Source of the DNA: Acidimicrobiia bacterium
GTDB taxonomy: Bacteria > Actinomycetota > Acidimicrobiia > IMCC26256 > JACDBD01
Assembly (NCBI GenBank): GCA_050743365.1
Contig: JBOGFI010000254.1
Coordinates: 2,473-66,472 of the forward strand
Length of the DNA: 64,000 bases
Direction: 5' to 3'
Positions within the stretch are counted from its first letter, which is position 1; each line of letters begins with the position of its first letter. The translations under genes were made by a program, and so were the position numbers. Under the pieces are notes generated by a model, which did not search any database, was not told the origin of the DNA, and saw nothing but the letters and a program-made list of their open reading frames with translations. This document shows, one piece after another, positions 26,623 through 34,995 of this stretch.

Positions 26623-27595
26623 GCCCGGGATCCGGTTCGGCGCGTTCGCGCCGCAGGGATGGAAGACGGAGCTGCGCTCGATCGACGGGCCCGAGGAGCA
26701 GTGGGCGAAGTGTCGTGGGACCGCGCTGCTCGCCGAGGAGCTCGGCTACGACTCGATCTGGGTCTACGACCACTTCCACAACGTCCCCCGGCCGTCGAAC
26801 GAGGCGGTGTTCGAGTGCTGGACCACCATGGCGGCCCTGGCCGAGGGCACGAGCCGCATCCGTCTCGGGCAGATGGTGAGCTGCACCTCGTACCGTCCAC
26901 CGTCGCTGACCGCCAAGATCACGGCGAGCATCGACGTGATCTCGGGCGGGCGGCTCGAGTGGGGCGTGGGCGCAGGCTGGTACAGCCAGGAGTACCAGGC
27001 CTACGGCTACGAGTTCCCCGAGAACAAGGTGCGAATCGGGATGCTCCGCGAGGCGGTGGAGATTGTGAAGCAGATGTGGCGGGAGCCCGAGACGGACTAC
27101 GACGGGCGCTACTTCAGGATCGCCGGCGCGCAGTGCGACCCGAAGCCGGTCCAGCGGCCGCACCCGCCGGTCTGGATCGGCGGCGGGGGCGAGCAGCTGA
27201 CTCTGCGGGTGGTTGCCCGGCACGCCGACCGGTCGAACTTCGGCGGGAAGCCCCAGGAGTGGGCGCACAAGCGCGACGTGCTGAAGGGCCACTGCAAGGA
27301 CGTCGGGCGGGACGAGGACGAGATCGAGAAGACCTGGAGCCCCGAGGTGCTCGTGCGCGAGACCGAGGACGAGATCCGGTCGCTCCACGACGCCGGGACG
27401 GTCGGCTCGCTCTGGAACGAGCCCTACGACTCGTGGGTGGCGGGGAACCTCGTCGGGACGCCCGAGCAGGTGTGCGAGAAGATCCGCACGTACGTCAGCC
27501 TCGGCTGCACCTACTTCACGCCGTGGTGCTCCGACTACCCCGACGACGCCACGCTGCGACTCTTCGCCGAGCGGGTCATCCCCGAGTTTCGCTAG
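26621..27595 (+). CDS. Luciferase-like monooxygenase (LLM) class, probably F420-dependent oxidoreductase
   Basis: ATG 26621 is preceded by GGAGG 7 nt upstream. Sequence reads FGAFAPQGW...AEELGYDSIWVYDHF...ECWTTMAALAEGTSRIRLGQMV...GRLEWGVGAGW. Confidence 0.85.
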   Translation: MPGIRFGAFAPQGWKTELRSIDGPEEQWAKCRGTALLAEELGYDSIWVYDHFHNVPRPSNEAVFECWTTMAALAEGTSRIRLGQMVSCTSYRPPSLTAKITASIDVISGGRLEWGVGAGWYSQEYQAYGYEFPENKVRIGMLREAVEIVKQMWREPETDYDGRYFRIAGAQCDPKPVQRPHPPVWIGGGGEQLTLRVVARHADRSNFGGKPQEWAHKRDVLKGHCKDVGRDEDEIEKTWSPEVLVRETEDEIRSLHDAGTVGSLWNEPYDSWVAGNLVGTPEQVCEKIRTYVSLGCTYFTPWCSDYPDDATLRLFAERVIPEFR

Positions 27596-27602
27596 GGGGA
27601 CG

Positions 27603-27959
27603 CTATTTGAACCAGATGCGCTGGTAGTCGCGGCTCTCGGGGTGCATGAGCAGCGCGACCAGCGCGCCGTCGAAGAGCAACGTGAGGATCAGCGGGAACT
27701 CGAGCACGTCGGCCCCGGCGAACGCCAGCAGCAGTGCCACCCGCAGGATCGCCACCGCGACCGCCAGGCCGTATCCCCACTTCTGCTCGTTGGCAATGCC
27801 GAACGCCCCGGCCGCCATGCCGACGATGATCAGGAGGCCGAACACGCCGAGGAAGCCCCAGCCGAACAGGAGGTCCAAGGCGGCATTCAGGTAGAGCAGC
27901 AGCACCGCGATCTGGAGCGTCTGCGGCTGCGACGGGTTGAAGAAGCGGCGCTCGTTCAC
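27603..27959 (-). CDS. Hypothetical integral membrane protein (118 aa, about 4 TM)
   Basis: Hydrophobic segments LQIAVLLLYLNAALDLLFGWGFLGVFGLLIIVGMAAGAF, GLAVAVAILRVALLLAF and LILTLLFDGALVALL. Confidence 0.6.
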   Translation of the reverse strand: MNERRFFNPSQPQTLQIAVLLLYLNAALDLLFGWGFLGVFGLLIIVGMAAGAFGIANEQKWGYGLAVAVAILRVALLLAFAGADVLEFPLILTLLFDGALVALLMHPESRDYQRIWFK

Positions 27960-28038
27960 GGCGCCATTCTGGCCGACGCGGCGGCCCGGGTGGGGACCGG
28001 TCGCCGGGCTCGGCTCGCCCCCTCCGGTCGATCGCTCA

Positions 28039-28971
28039 TCACGCGGCGGCCACCGCGCGCGAGTACGCGCGGTCGAGCCGGTGGGTCTCGAAGCCGAGGG
28101 ACCGGTACACCCCCAGCGCGGGCTTGTTGGCGCCGTCGACGAACAGCATCCCCGTGCGGACCCCGCGCTCGGCCAGCGACGTGAGCCCAGCCACGCTGAG
28201 GGCGCGCCCGAGCCCGGTACCCCGGCGGGAGGGGTCGACGCCGATCACGAAGATCTCACCCAGCGGCTCCGGGTCACCCGGCGCGGGCGGGTGGACCTTC
28301 GTCCAGCAGAAGCCCGCCAGCCCGGCGGCGTCCTCCGCGAGCAGGAAGCCCGCGGGGTCGAACCACGGCTCGGCCATGCGGCGCCGCAGCGTGGCCCGGG
28401 TCCATCCGCCCTGTTCGGGGTGGTCGGCGAAGGCACGGTTGTTCACGTCGAGCCATCGGTCCTCGTCGCGTCCGGGGGCGAAGGCGCGCACGCGCGTGCC
28501 CTCGGGCCAGACCGGCGGCTCGGAGGGAGGTAGCGGTGCCCGCATCTGGAGCAGGTCGCGCTGGCGCCGGAAACCGGCGGGAGCGACGGCTGCGTCGTGC
28601 TTCTCGCCGGCGCCGAGGACCCAGAGGAGGGCGGGCCCGCCGCCGTGGCCGGCCACGTGCCTCTCGACCGCGGCATCGAGCAGGTCGGCCTCCAGGCCCG
28701 CGCCGCGGCGGTCGGGGTGCACGACCAGCCCGATCGCCCAGTGGGGCGGGGAGAAGTTGTCGCTGCGCGCCACGTGGGCGTACCCGACCGCCTCCTCGCC
28801 ATCGGTCGCCAGCACCCCGGCCGACTCGGGCCCGCCGTCCCGCTCGAGGTCGCGCCACACCGCCTCGTTGAGCGACGGGTGCCCGTCGGCGGCCTCCGCA
28901 GCATCGTGGAGACGGCCGACGGCGACGACCTCGGCGGGCGCGACCGGCCGGAGCACACGGATCTCGACCAT
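28039..28971 (-). CDS. mshD: Mycothiol synthase (tandem GNAT acetyltransferase)
   Basis: 310 aa with two GNAT halves: VVHPDRRGAGLE and IGVDPSRRGTGLGRAL. The linker RDLLQMRAPLP is as I remember it from MshD proteins. Confidence 0.75.
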   Translation of the reverse strand: MVEIRVLRPVAPAEVVAVGRLHDAAEAADGHPSLNEAVWRDLERDGGPESAGVLATDGEEAVGYAHVARSDNFSPPHWAIGLVVHPDRRGAGLEADLLDAAVERHVAGHGGGPALLWVLGAGEKHDAAVAPAGFRRQRDLLQMRAPLPPSEPPVWPEGTRVRAFAPGRDEDRWLDVNNRAFADHPEQGGWTRATLRRRMAEPWFDPAGFLLAEDAAGLAGFCWTKVHPPAPGDPEPLGEIFVIGVDPSRRGTGLGRALSVAGLTSLAERGVRTGMLFVDGANKPALGVYRSLGFETHRLDRAYSRAVAAA

Positions 28972-28996
28972 CGGGGCGTCAAGCTATCGTCCGGCG

Positions 28997-29650
28997 ATGG
29001 CCCGCCCTCGTGGTGCGAAGGCGCGCGCAACCGAGGTGGTGCGCCGGCTCGCCGACGAGTACCCGGGCACGGCGCGCTCCCTCTGCGCGCTGGAGCACGA
29101 CAACCCGTACCAGCTGCTGGTGGCGACGATCCTGTCGGCGCAGAGCACCGACGAGATGGTCAACAAGGTCACTCCGGCGGTCTTCGCCCGCTACCCGACC
29201 CCGGCCGACCTCGCCCACGCCGACCCGTCCGAGGTGGAGGAGATGATCCACTCCACGGGGTTCTTCCGCTCGAAGACCCGCAGCCTGATCGGCATGGCGG
29301 CCGCGGTGGAGGAGCGCTTCGACGGCGAGGTGCCCCGCGAGCTGGCGGATCTCGTGACCCTGCCCGGGGTCGGCCGCAAGACCGGGAACGTCATCCGCTC
29401 GGTCGCATTCGACCTCCCGGGCCTGCCGGTCGACACGCACGTGGGCCGGCTGGCACGCCGGCTGAAGCTCACGAGCGAGACCGACCCGGTGAAGGCCGAG
29501 CACGACCTCGACGCGCTCGTGGACCCCGACGAGCGGGGTCGCCTCTCGCTGCGCCTGATCCTCCACGGGCGCCGGGTGTGCACCGCCCGGAAGCCCCGCT
29601 GCGGCGACTGTGTGCTCGCCGACGTCTGCCCCTCGGCGTTCAAGGTCTGA
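28997..29650 (+). CDS. nth: Endonuclease III (DNA glycosylase/AP lyase)
   Basis: The helix-hairpin-helix is LPGVGRKTGNVI, the catalytic region is VDTHVGRLARRL, and the 4Fe-4S cluster motif is CTARKPRCGDCVLADVC. Confidence 0.95.
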   Translation: MARPRGAKARATEVVRRLADEYPGTARSLCALEHDNPYQLLVATILSAQSTDEMVNKVTPAVFARYPTPADLAHADPSEVEEMIHSTGFFRSKTRSLIGMAAAVEERFDGEVPRELADLVTLPGVGRKTGNVIRSVAFDLPGLPVDTHVGRLARRLKLTSETDPVKAEHDLDALVDPDERGRLSLRLILHGRRVCTARKPRCGDCVLADVCPSAFKV

Positions 29651-29699
29651 CGCGCCCGGTGCCCGGTTTGGCAGGCCTTTCAGTTCGGGACCCGATCGC

Positions 29700-29906
29700 T
29701 CAGGCGCTGAGTTCTTCGAGGGCGGCGATGGCGCGGTCGAGGGCGCGCCGGGCCCCGAACAGCGAGCGCTCGGCTGCGTACAGGTCGGCGGCAACGGCCG
29801 AGTCGGGGGTGTCGCGGTAGCGGGTCGCCACCGCCACCACACGCGCGGTCAGCTCCTCGAGCTGCGTCCGCAGCGTCGACAGCTCGGCCAGGTCGGACGG
29901 CGGCAT
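29700..29906 (-). CDS. Hypothetical small helical protein (68 aa, or 92 aa if started at ATG 29978)
   Basis: MPPSDLAELSTLRTQLEELTARVVAVATRYRD...ALDRAIAALEELSA. This is the only coding-like part of ORF 29700..30269. Confidence 0.4.
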   Translation of the reverse strand: MPPSDLAELSTLRTQLEELTARVVAVATRYRDTPDSAVAADLYAAERSLFGARRALDRAIAALEELSA

Positions 29907-29976
29907 CTCGCCCCGCAGCCTGACGCCGGCGACGGAGCCCGGCAATTCAGGGGTCGGGCACGGGCCGCCCGTTAGC

Positions 29977-31296
29977 ATGAAGGTGCTGATGAGCGGGCTC
30001 TCGCGCCTCGATCTGCGCGGCAACGACTTCGACCTCGGCGAGGTTCTCGCCCGCCCCGACGCGGGCGGTGAGGGCACCGCCGCGCTCGTGCGCGAGATCG
30101 TCGCGGCCGTGCGGGAGCAGGGCGACGCCGCCGTGCGCCGGCTCACGATGCGCTTCGACGACGCCGTGGTCGGCGAGCTGCGGGTGCCGGCGGACGACGT
30201 CGAGAGCGCGCTCGACGGGGTGCCGCCGGCCTTCCGGGCCGCGCTCGAGTACGCCCGGCAGGAGATCACTGCCTATCACGAGGCCCAGCTCGACCGGCAG
30301 GTGGTACACCTCGAGCGCGATGGCGTGGTCGCCCGCGAGATCGTCGTCCCGGTCGACCGCGCCGGGCTGTACGTGCCCGGCGGACGGGCGGCCTACCCCT
30401 CCACGGTGCTGATGACGGCGGTGCCGGCTCGCGTCGCGGGGGTGCACGAGATGGCTCTGTGCGTCCCGCCCGACCGTGAGGGGCGGGTGCCGCGCGCCAC
30501 TCTGGCGGCGGCGGCGCTCGCGGGTGTGGACGAGGTGTACCGGATCGGCGGCGCGCAGGCCATCGCCGCCATGGCGTACGGCACCGAGTCCGTGCGCGCC
30601 GTCGACGTGATCGTCGGGCCGGGCAACGTGTACGTGGCGCAGGCCAAGCGCGAGGTCGCGGGCGTGGTCGGCATCGAGTCGCTGGCCGGGCCATCGGAGC
30701 TGGTGGTGGTGGCGGACGACTCGGCGCGAGCAGACCTGGTCGCCGCCGACCTCCTCGCCCAGTCGGAGCACGGCCCCGACGGCGCGGCCGTGCTCATCAC
30801 GTGGAGCGAGCCCCTCGCGGCCGCCGTCGACGCCGCCGTCGCCGAGTTGCTTGAGACGGCGAACCGGCGCGAGGAGATCGAGTCCACGCTCGCCACCGGC
30901 GGGCGGACCGTCCTGGTCGACGGGCCCGAGGCGGCCATGGCCGTCGTGAACACCATCGCCCCCGAGCACCTCGAGCTCGTCACGGAGGATCCCGACGTAC
31001 TGGTCCCGCTGGTGCGTCACGCCGGCGCGGTGTTCTGCGGGCCGTGGGCTCCGGCGGTCGTGGGCGACTACGTCGCGGGCGTGAACCACGTGCTCCCGAC
31101 CGCCCGCACGGCGCGGTTCGCGAGTGCGCTGCGCGTGACCGACTTCCAGAAGCACGTGCACGTCGTGAGCCTCGACGAAGCTGCGTTCACGCGGGTGGCC
31201 CCGCACATGCGCGTCTTCGCCGACGTCGAGGGCCTCGACGCCCACGGGCGGTCGGTGGTGCTTCGCCAAGCCTCGAGAGAGGCGGCGACGCCGTGA
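29977..31296 (+). CDS. hisD: Histidinol dehydrogenase
   Basis: 439 aa: YVPGGRAAYPSTVLM, DEVYRIGGAQAIAAMAYGT, GPSELVVVAD, AQSEHGPD, IAPEHLEL. Confidence 0.95.
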   Translation: MKVLMSGLSRLDLRGNDFDLGEVLARPDAGGEGTAALVREIVAAVREQGDAAVRRLTMRFDDAVVGELRVPADDVESALDGVPPAFRAALEYARQEITAYHEAQLDRQVVHLERDGVVAREIVVPVDRAGLYVPGGRAAYPSTVLMTAVPARVAGVHEMALCVPPDREGRVPRATLAAAALAGVDEVYRIGGAQAIAAMAYGTESVRAVDVIVGPGNVYVAQAKREVAGVVGIESLAGPSELVVVADDSARADLVAADLLAQSEHGPDGAAVLITWSEPLAAAVDAAVAELLETANRREEIESTLATGGRTVLVDGPEAAMAVVNTIAPEHLELVTEDPDVLVPLVRHAGAVFCGPWAPAVVGDYVAGVNHVLPTARTARFASALRVTDFQKHVHVVSLDEAAFTRVAPHMRVFADVEGLDAHGRSVVLRQASREAATP

Positions 31297-32372
31297 GCGA
31301 GGCTCCCCTCCGACCCCGGGACGACCTGGGGGAGCTGGCGGGGTACCACTCGCCGCAGCTCGACGTGGCGGTGCGGCTCAACACGAACGAGAGCCCGTAC
31401 CCGCCCCCGCCCGGGTTCGTCGACGCCTGGCTCTCGGCGCTCGCGAGCGTGCCGCTCAACCGGTATCCCGACCGGGGAGCCCGGGAGCTGCGCGCCGCCC
31501 TCGCCGCCCACCTCGGCCAGCCGGCCGAGCGGCTGTTCTGCGCCAACGGCTCGAACGAGGTCCTCCAGACCCTGCTGCTCACCTACGGCGGCGCCGGGCG
31601 GCGGGCGGCGGTGTTCGAGCCGACCTACGCCCTGCACGGCCACATCGCCCGCATCACGGGCACCGAGGTGCTGGTGGGGGAGCGGCGCTCCGACTTCACG
31701 GTCGACCCGGCGGCGGCGGCGCAACTGGTCGCCCGGGCGCGTCCGGCGGTGGTGCTCCTCTGTAGCCCCAACAACCCGACGGGCACGATCGAGCCCGCAG
31801 CCACCGTCGAGGCTCTCCTCGACGCCACCAACGGGCTGGTCGTCGTCGACGAGGCCTACGGCGAGTTCGCCGACCGGAGCGCCATGGACCTCGTGCGCGA
31901 CGACCGGCTCCTCGTCGTCGTGCGCACCTACTCGAAAGTGTGGTCCATGGCGGCGTTGCGGCTCGGGTTCTGCGTGGGTCCACCGGGGCTGGTCGACGAG
32001 CTGGAGAAGGTCGTGCTGCCCTACCACCTCGCGGTCCCGACCCAGCTCGCCGGGGTGCTGGCGCTGCGGTTCGGAGCGGAGATGGACGCCCGCGTCGACC
32101 TCCTCGTCCGCGAGCGGGAACGCCTGCTCGCGCAGCTCGAAGGCGTCCACGCCCTCACCGTGTTCCCGTCCGGCGCCAACTTCGTGCTCGTGCGCTTCGC
32201 GGGCGACGGCCACGCGGTGTGGGAGCGACTCGTGGCGCGCGGCGTTCTGGTGCGCGACTTCTCCCGCTGGCCTCGACTCGAGGGCTGCCTGCGTGTCACG
32301 GTCGGGACCCCCGACGAGAACGACGCCTTCGTCGTAGCCCTGCGCGACGCACTGCGGGAGGTGGCCGCCTGA
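31293..32372 (+). CDS. hisC: Histidinol-phosphate aminotransferase
   Basis: The GTG start overlaps the hisD stop (GTGA). Sequence includes VRLNTNESPYPPP, CSPNNPTG, VVVDEAYGEF and the PLP lysine in RTYSKVWSMAALRLG. Confidence 0.9.
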   Translation: MSEAPLRPRDDLGELAGYHSPQLDVAVRLNTNESPYPPPPGFVDAWLSALASVPLNRYPDRGARELRAALAAHLGQPAERLFCANGSNEVLQTLLLTYGGAGRRAAVFEPTYALHGHIARITGTEVLVGERRSDFTVDPAAAAQLVARARPAVVLLCSPNNPTGTIEPAATVEALLDATNGLVVVDEAYGEFADRSAMDLVRDDRLLVVVRTYSKVWSMAALRLGFCVGPPGLVDELEKVVLPYHLAVPTQLAGVLALRFGAEMDARVDLLVRERERLLAQLEGVHALTVFPSGANFVLVRFAGDGHAVWERLVARGVLVRDFSRWPRLEGCLRVTVGTPDENDAFVVALRDALREVAA

Positions 32373-32971
32373 TGGCCGAGCGTCCCGCCCCCGAGCGACG
32401 GTCGCATCAGCACCGCGAGACCAAGGAGACGACCGTCCACCTCGTCCTCGACGTCGACGGGTCGGGCCGCGCCAGCGCGTCGACGGGCATCCCGTTCTTC
32501 GACCACATGCTCGAGCAGCTCGGCAAGCACGGCGGTTTCGACCTCCGCGTCGAGGCGCAGGGCGACCTCGAGATCGACCTCCACCACACCATCGAGGACG
32601 TCGGCATCGTGCTCGGCACCGCGCTCGACGAGGCGCTGGGCGACAAGGCCGGCGTCCGACGCTTCGCGTCGGCGATCGTCCCGCTCGACGAGGCGCTGGT
32701 GCAGGTGGCGCTCGACCTCTCGGGCCGGCCGTTCCTCGTGTACGAGGTCGACCCGGTGTCGGAGTGGATCGGTACCTTCGACCCGCAGCTGGCGGAGGAG
32801 TTCTGGCGCGCGTTCGCGTTCGCGTCCGGCATCACTCTGCACCTGCGCTCGCTGTCGGGCAGGAACGGGCATCACGTGATCGAGGCGTCGTTCAAGGGCG
32901 GGGCCCGGGCTCTCCGTGATGCCGTGAAGGTCGAGGGGACGGGGGTCCCGTCGACCAAGGGCTCACTTTGA
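32372..32971 (+). CDS. hisB: Imidazoleglycerol-phosphate dehydratase
   Basis: The ATG overlaps the hisC stop. Sequence includes RETKETTVHLVLDVDG, GIPFFDHMLEQL, DLHHTIEDVGI, GRNGHHVIEASFKG. Confidence 0.95.
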   Translation: MAERPAPERRSHQHRETKETTVHLVLDVDGSGRASASTGIPFFDHMLEQLGKHGGFDLRVEAQGDLEIDLHHTIEDVGIVLGTALDEALGDKAGVRRFASAIVPLDEALVQVALDLSGRPFLVYEVDPVSEWIGTFDPQLAEEFWRAFAFASGITLHLRSLSGRNGHHVIEASFKGGARALRDAVKVEGTGVPSTKGSL

Positions 32972-32994
32972 CCACCTCCCTGGTCGCGCTCGCT

Positions 32995-33019
32995 CGCCGG
33001 CCGGGATACCCGGCCGGCG
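32995..33019 (+). repeat. GC-rich stem-loop with CCGGGATACCCGG core, in the hisB-hisA gap
   Basis: An 11-bp perfect stem CGCCGGCCGGG/CCCGGCCGGCG with an ATA loop. A near-identical core recurs at 59714-59736. Confidence 0.6.
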
Positions 33020-33071
33020 CCCTGCCGGGCCGCTCGCCGCTCCCGCGCAGGAGCGCGGCGCCAGTCCTGGG

Positions 33072-33818
33072 ATGGCACCTCTGAAGAGGTTTGAGGTCTA
33101 CCCCGCGATCGACCTGCGCGGCGGGCGGTGCGTGCGGCTTCGGCAGGGCGACTTCGGGGCCGAGAAGGTCTACGACGACGACCCCGTGGCGGTGGCGCGG
33201 GCGTTCGCCGCCGGGGGCGCCCGCTGGATCCACGTGGTCGACCTCGACGCCGCCCGCACCGGGGAGCCGGCGAACCTGGCGCCCATTGAGGCGGTGTGCG
33301 CGGCGGTGGCGTGCTCCGTCCAAGCGGGGGGTGGTGTCCGCAGTGCGGAGGCTGCGGGCGCGTTGCTGGCGTCGGGCGTGTCGCGTGTCGTCGTGGGCAC
33401 GGCGGCGGTGGAGCGCCCCCCGCTCGTCGACGAGCTCTGCGCCCTGCATCCCGGTCGGGTGGCGGTGGGCCTCGATGCCCGGGGGCGCGACGTCGCCGTG
33501 CGGGGCTGGACGGAGACCAGCGGGGCCGATCTCGTCGACCTCGCGCGGCGGTTCGTCGAGTCGGGGCCGGCGGCGCTGGTCGTGACCGAGATCGGCCGCG
33601 ACGGCACGCTGGCCGGGCCGGACCTCGCCCAGCTGCGCGCGGTACTGGAGGTGGCGGCCGTCCCCGTGATCGCGAGTGGCGGCGTCGCGACGCTCGACGA
33701 CCTGCGGGTCCTGGGAGAGCTGAGCGCGCGAGGGAGGGGCCTCGCGGGAGCGATCGTGGGCACGGCGATCTACGAGGGGCGCTTCACGGTGGGGGAGGCG
33801 ATCAGGGCGGTCGCGTGA
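33072..33818 (+). CDS. hisA: ProFAR isomerase HisA (actinobacterial PriA-type)
   Basis: 248 aa: YPAIDLRGGRCVRLRQG, IHVVDLDAA, GGGVRS, VVGTAA, VAVGLDARG..VAVRGW, VVTEIGRDGTL.GPD, VIASGGV, GAIVGTAIY. Confidence 0.9.
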   Translation: MAPLKRFEVYPAIDLRGGRCVRLRQGDFGAEKVYDDDPVAVARAFAAGGARWIHVVDLDAARTGEPANLAPIEAVCAAVACSVQAGGGVRSAEAAGALLASGVSRVVVGTAAVERPPLVDELCALHPGRVAVGLDARGRDVAVRGWTETSGADLVDLARRFVESGPAALVVTEIGRDGTLAGPDLAQLRAVLEVAAVPVIASGGVATLDDLRVLGELSARGRGLAGAIVGTAIYEGRFTVGEAIRAVA

Positions 33819-33855
33819 TCCCGGGACCAAAGCCGGGTACGGTCGGAGCGGCGAC

Positions 33856-34089
33856 ATGACCGGCGCACCAGGGGGTGTCATGGCGGACGCGAACGGAGTG
33901 ATCGACGAGGGATTCCTGCGGCGGTACCGCGAGCTGCTCGATGCAGAAGCGGCCGCCTTCGACGAGCTCGAGCACTCGTACGAGGAAGGGGACCGCGCCC
34001 GCTACGAGCGCGAGCTCGCCGCCTGGCGCTCGGTCGTCGAGCGCAGGCGGGCCTTCCTCGAGCGGCGCCGCCTCACCCCCGTGAGCTGA
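33856..34089 (+). CDS. Hypothetical small helical protein (77 aa)
   Basis: High GC3. The sequence is a charged helical run (FLRRYRELLDAEAAAFDELEHSYEEGDRARYERELAAWRSVVERRRAFLERRR). ATG 33880 is an alternative start. Confidence 0.45.
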   Translation: MTGAPGGVMADANGVIDEGFLRRYRELLDAEAAAFDELEHSYEEGDRARYERELAAWRSVVERRRAFLERRRLTPVS

Positions 34090-34340
34090 CCGACCCACGC
34101 GGCGACCGGAGCGAGCGGGCGGCGAGGGCATCGGCGGCGGGATCTTCAAGACGCCGTCGGGCGAGCCGTGCACCGCGTTCTACGTGCAGGTCGACGACGT
34201 CCAGAGCACGCTCGATGCGGCCGAGAAGCTGGGGGGCAAGACGGTGATGCCGCCCATGCAGGTGCCCGCGGGTCCCGAGGTCGCGATGTTTCGCCGACCC
34301 CGAGGGCAACTCGATCGGCGTCGTCAAGATGCCGGGGTAG
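34085..34340 (+). pseudogene. Remnant of a VOC/glyoxalase-family gene (C-terminal half only, frameshifted)
   Basis: Translation gives GIGGGIFKTPSGEPCTAFYVQVDDVQSTLDAAEKLGGKTVMPPMQVPAGPEVAMF. After a +1 shift at TTT/C 34289-34292 it continues ADPEGNSIGVVKMPG*. There is no start codon and no N-terminal beta-alpha-beta-beta-beta module upstream, because an in-frame TGA sits at 34082. Confidence 0.6.
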
Positions 34341-34995
34341 TCACCAGCCGGTCGACGTAGCCGGCGGCCAGCGCGACCAGCCGGTCGGTGCGGCCCATGA
34401 AGAAGTGGGAGGCGCCGCCGACGACATGGACGTCGGTGTTGGCCCACGTGTCGGCCAGCGCGGTGATCTCGGCCGGGTCGCGGAACTCGTCGTGCTGGGC
34501 GAGCGCGAGCAGCTTCGGGCGCGGGTCGACGGCCAGCCCGTCGACGTCGTGCGCGAAGCGCAGGGGCGGGGCGATCGCGAGCCAGGCCGACACGCGCCCG
34601 TCACGCACCGACAGCGCCATGTCGGCGCCGAACGACCAGCCCGCGAGCACGAGCGGCGGGGCGGTGTCGCCGAGCTCGTGATCGAGAGCGGCCACCGCCG
34701 CCTCGGCGTCGACCCGCTCGAGATTGCCCTCGTCGTAGGCGCCCTCGCTGTTCTCGACGCCGCGGAAGTTGAACCGCAGGCACGTGACGCCGGCGGCAGG
34801 GAGTGCGTCGAACAGCGCGCTGATCACGATCGAGCGCATCGAGCCGCCGTACTGCGGGTGCGGGTGGCACAGCGCCATCGCCGCGCGAGGGGCGGCGCCG
34901 TGCGCCCCCGCCAGCTCGGCCTCGAGAGTGAGCCCGTCGGTGGTCGTCAGAGCGACGGGCGACGGCACGAACGCAGCGTAGGCTGCCGCCGCCAT
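34324..34995 (-). CDS. Alpha/beta hydrolase family protein
   Basis: ALCHPHPQYGGSM, nucleophile elbow LAGWSFGADMA, and GGASHFF. The start is either ATG 34995 (shares CATG with the divergent gene) or GTG 35034 (ORF track). Confidence 0.75.
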   Translation of the reverse strand: MAAAAYAAFVPSPVALTTTDGLTLEAELAGAHGAAPRAAMALCHPHPQYGGSMRSIVISALFDALPAAGVTCLRFNFRGVENSEGAYDEGNLERVDAEAAVAALDHELGDTAPPLVLAGWSFGADMALSVRDGRVSAWLAIAPPLRFAHDVDGLAVDPRPKLLALAQHDEFRDPAEITALADTWANTDVHVVGGASHFFMGRTDRLVALAAGYVDRLVTTPAS

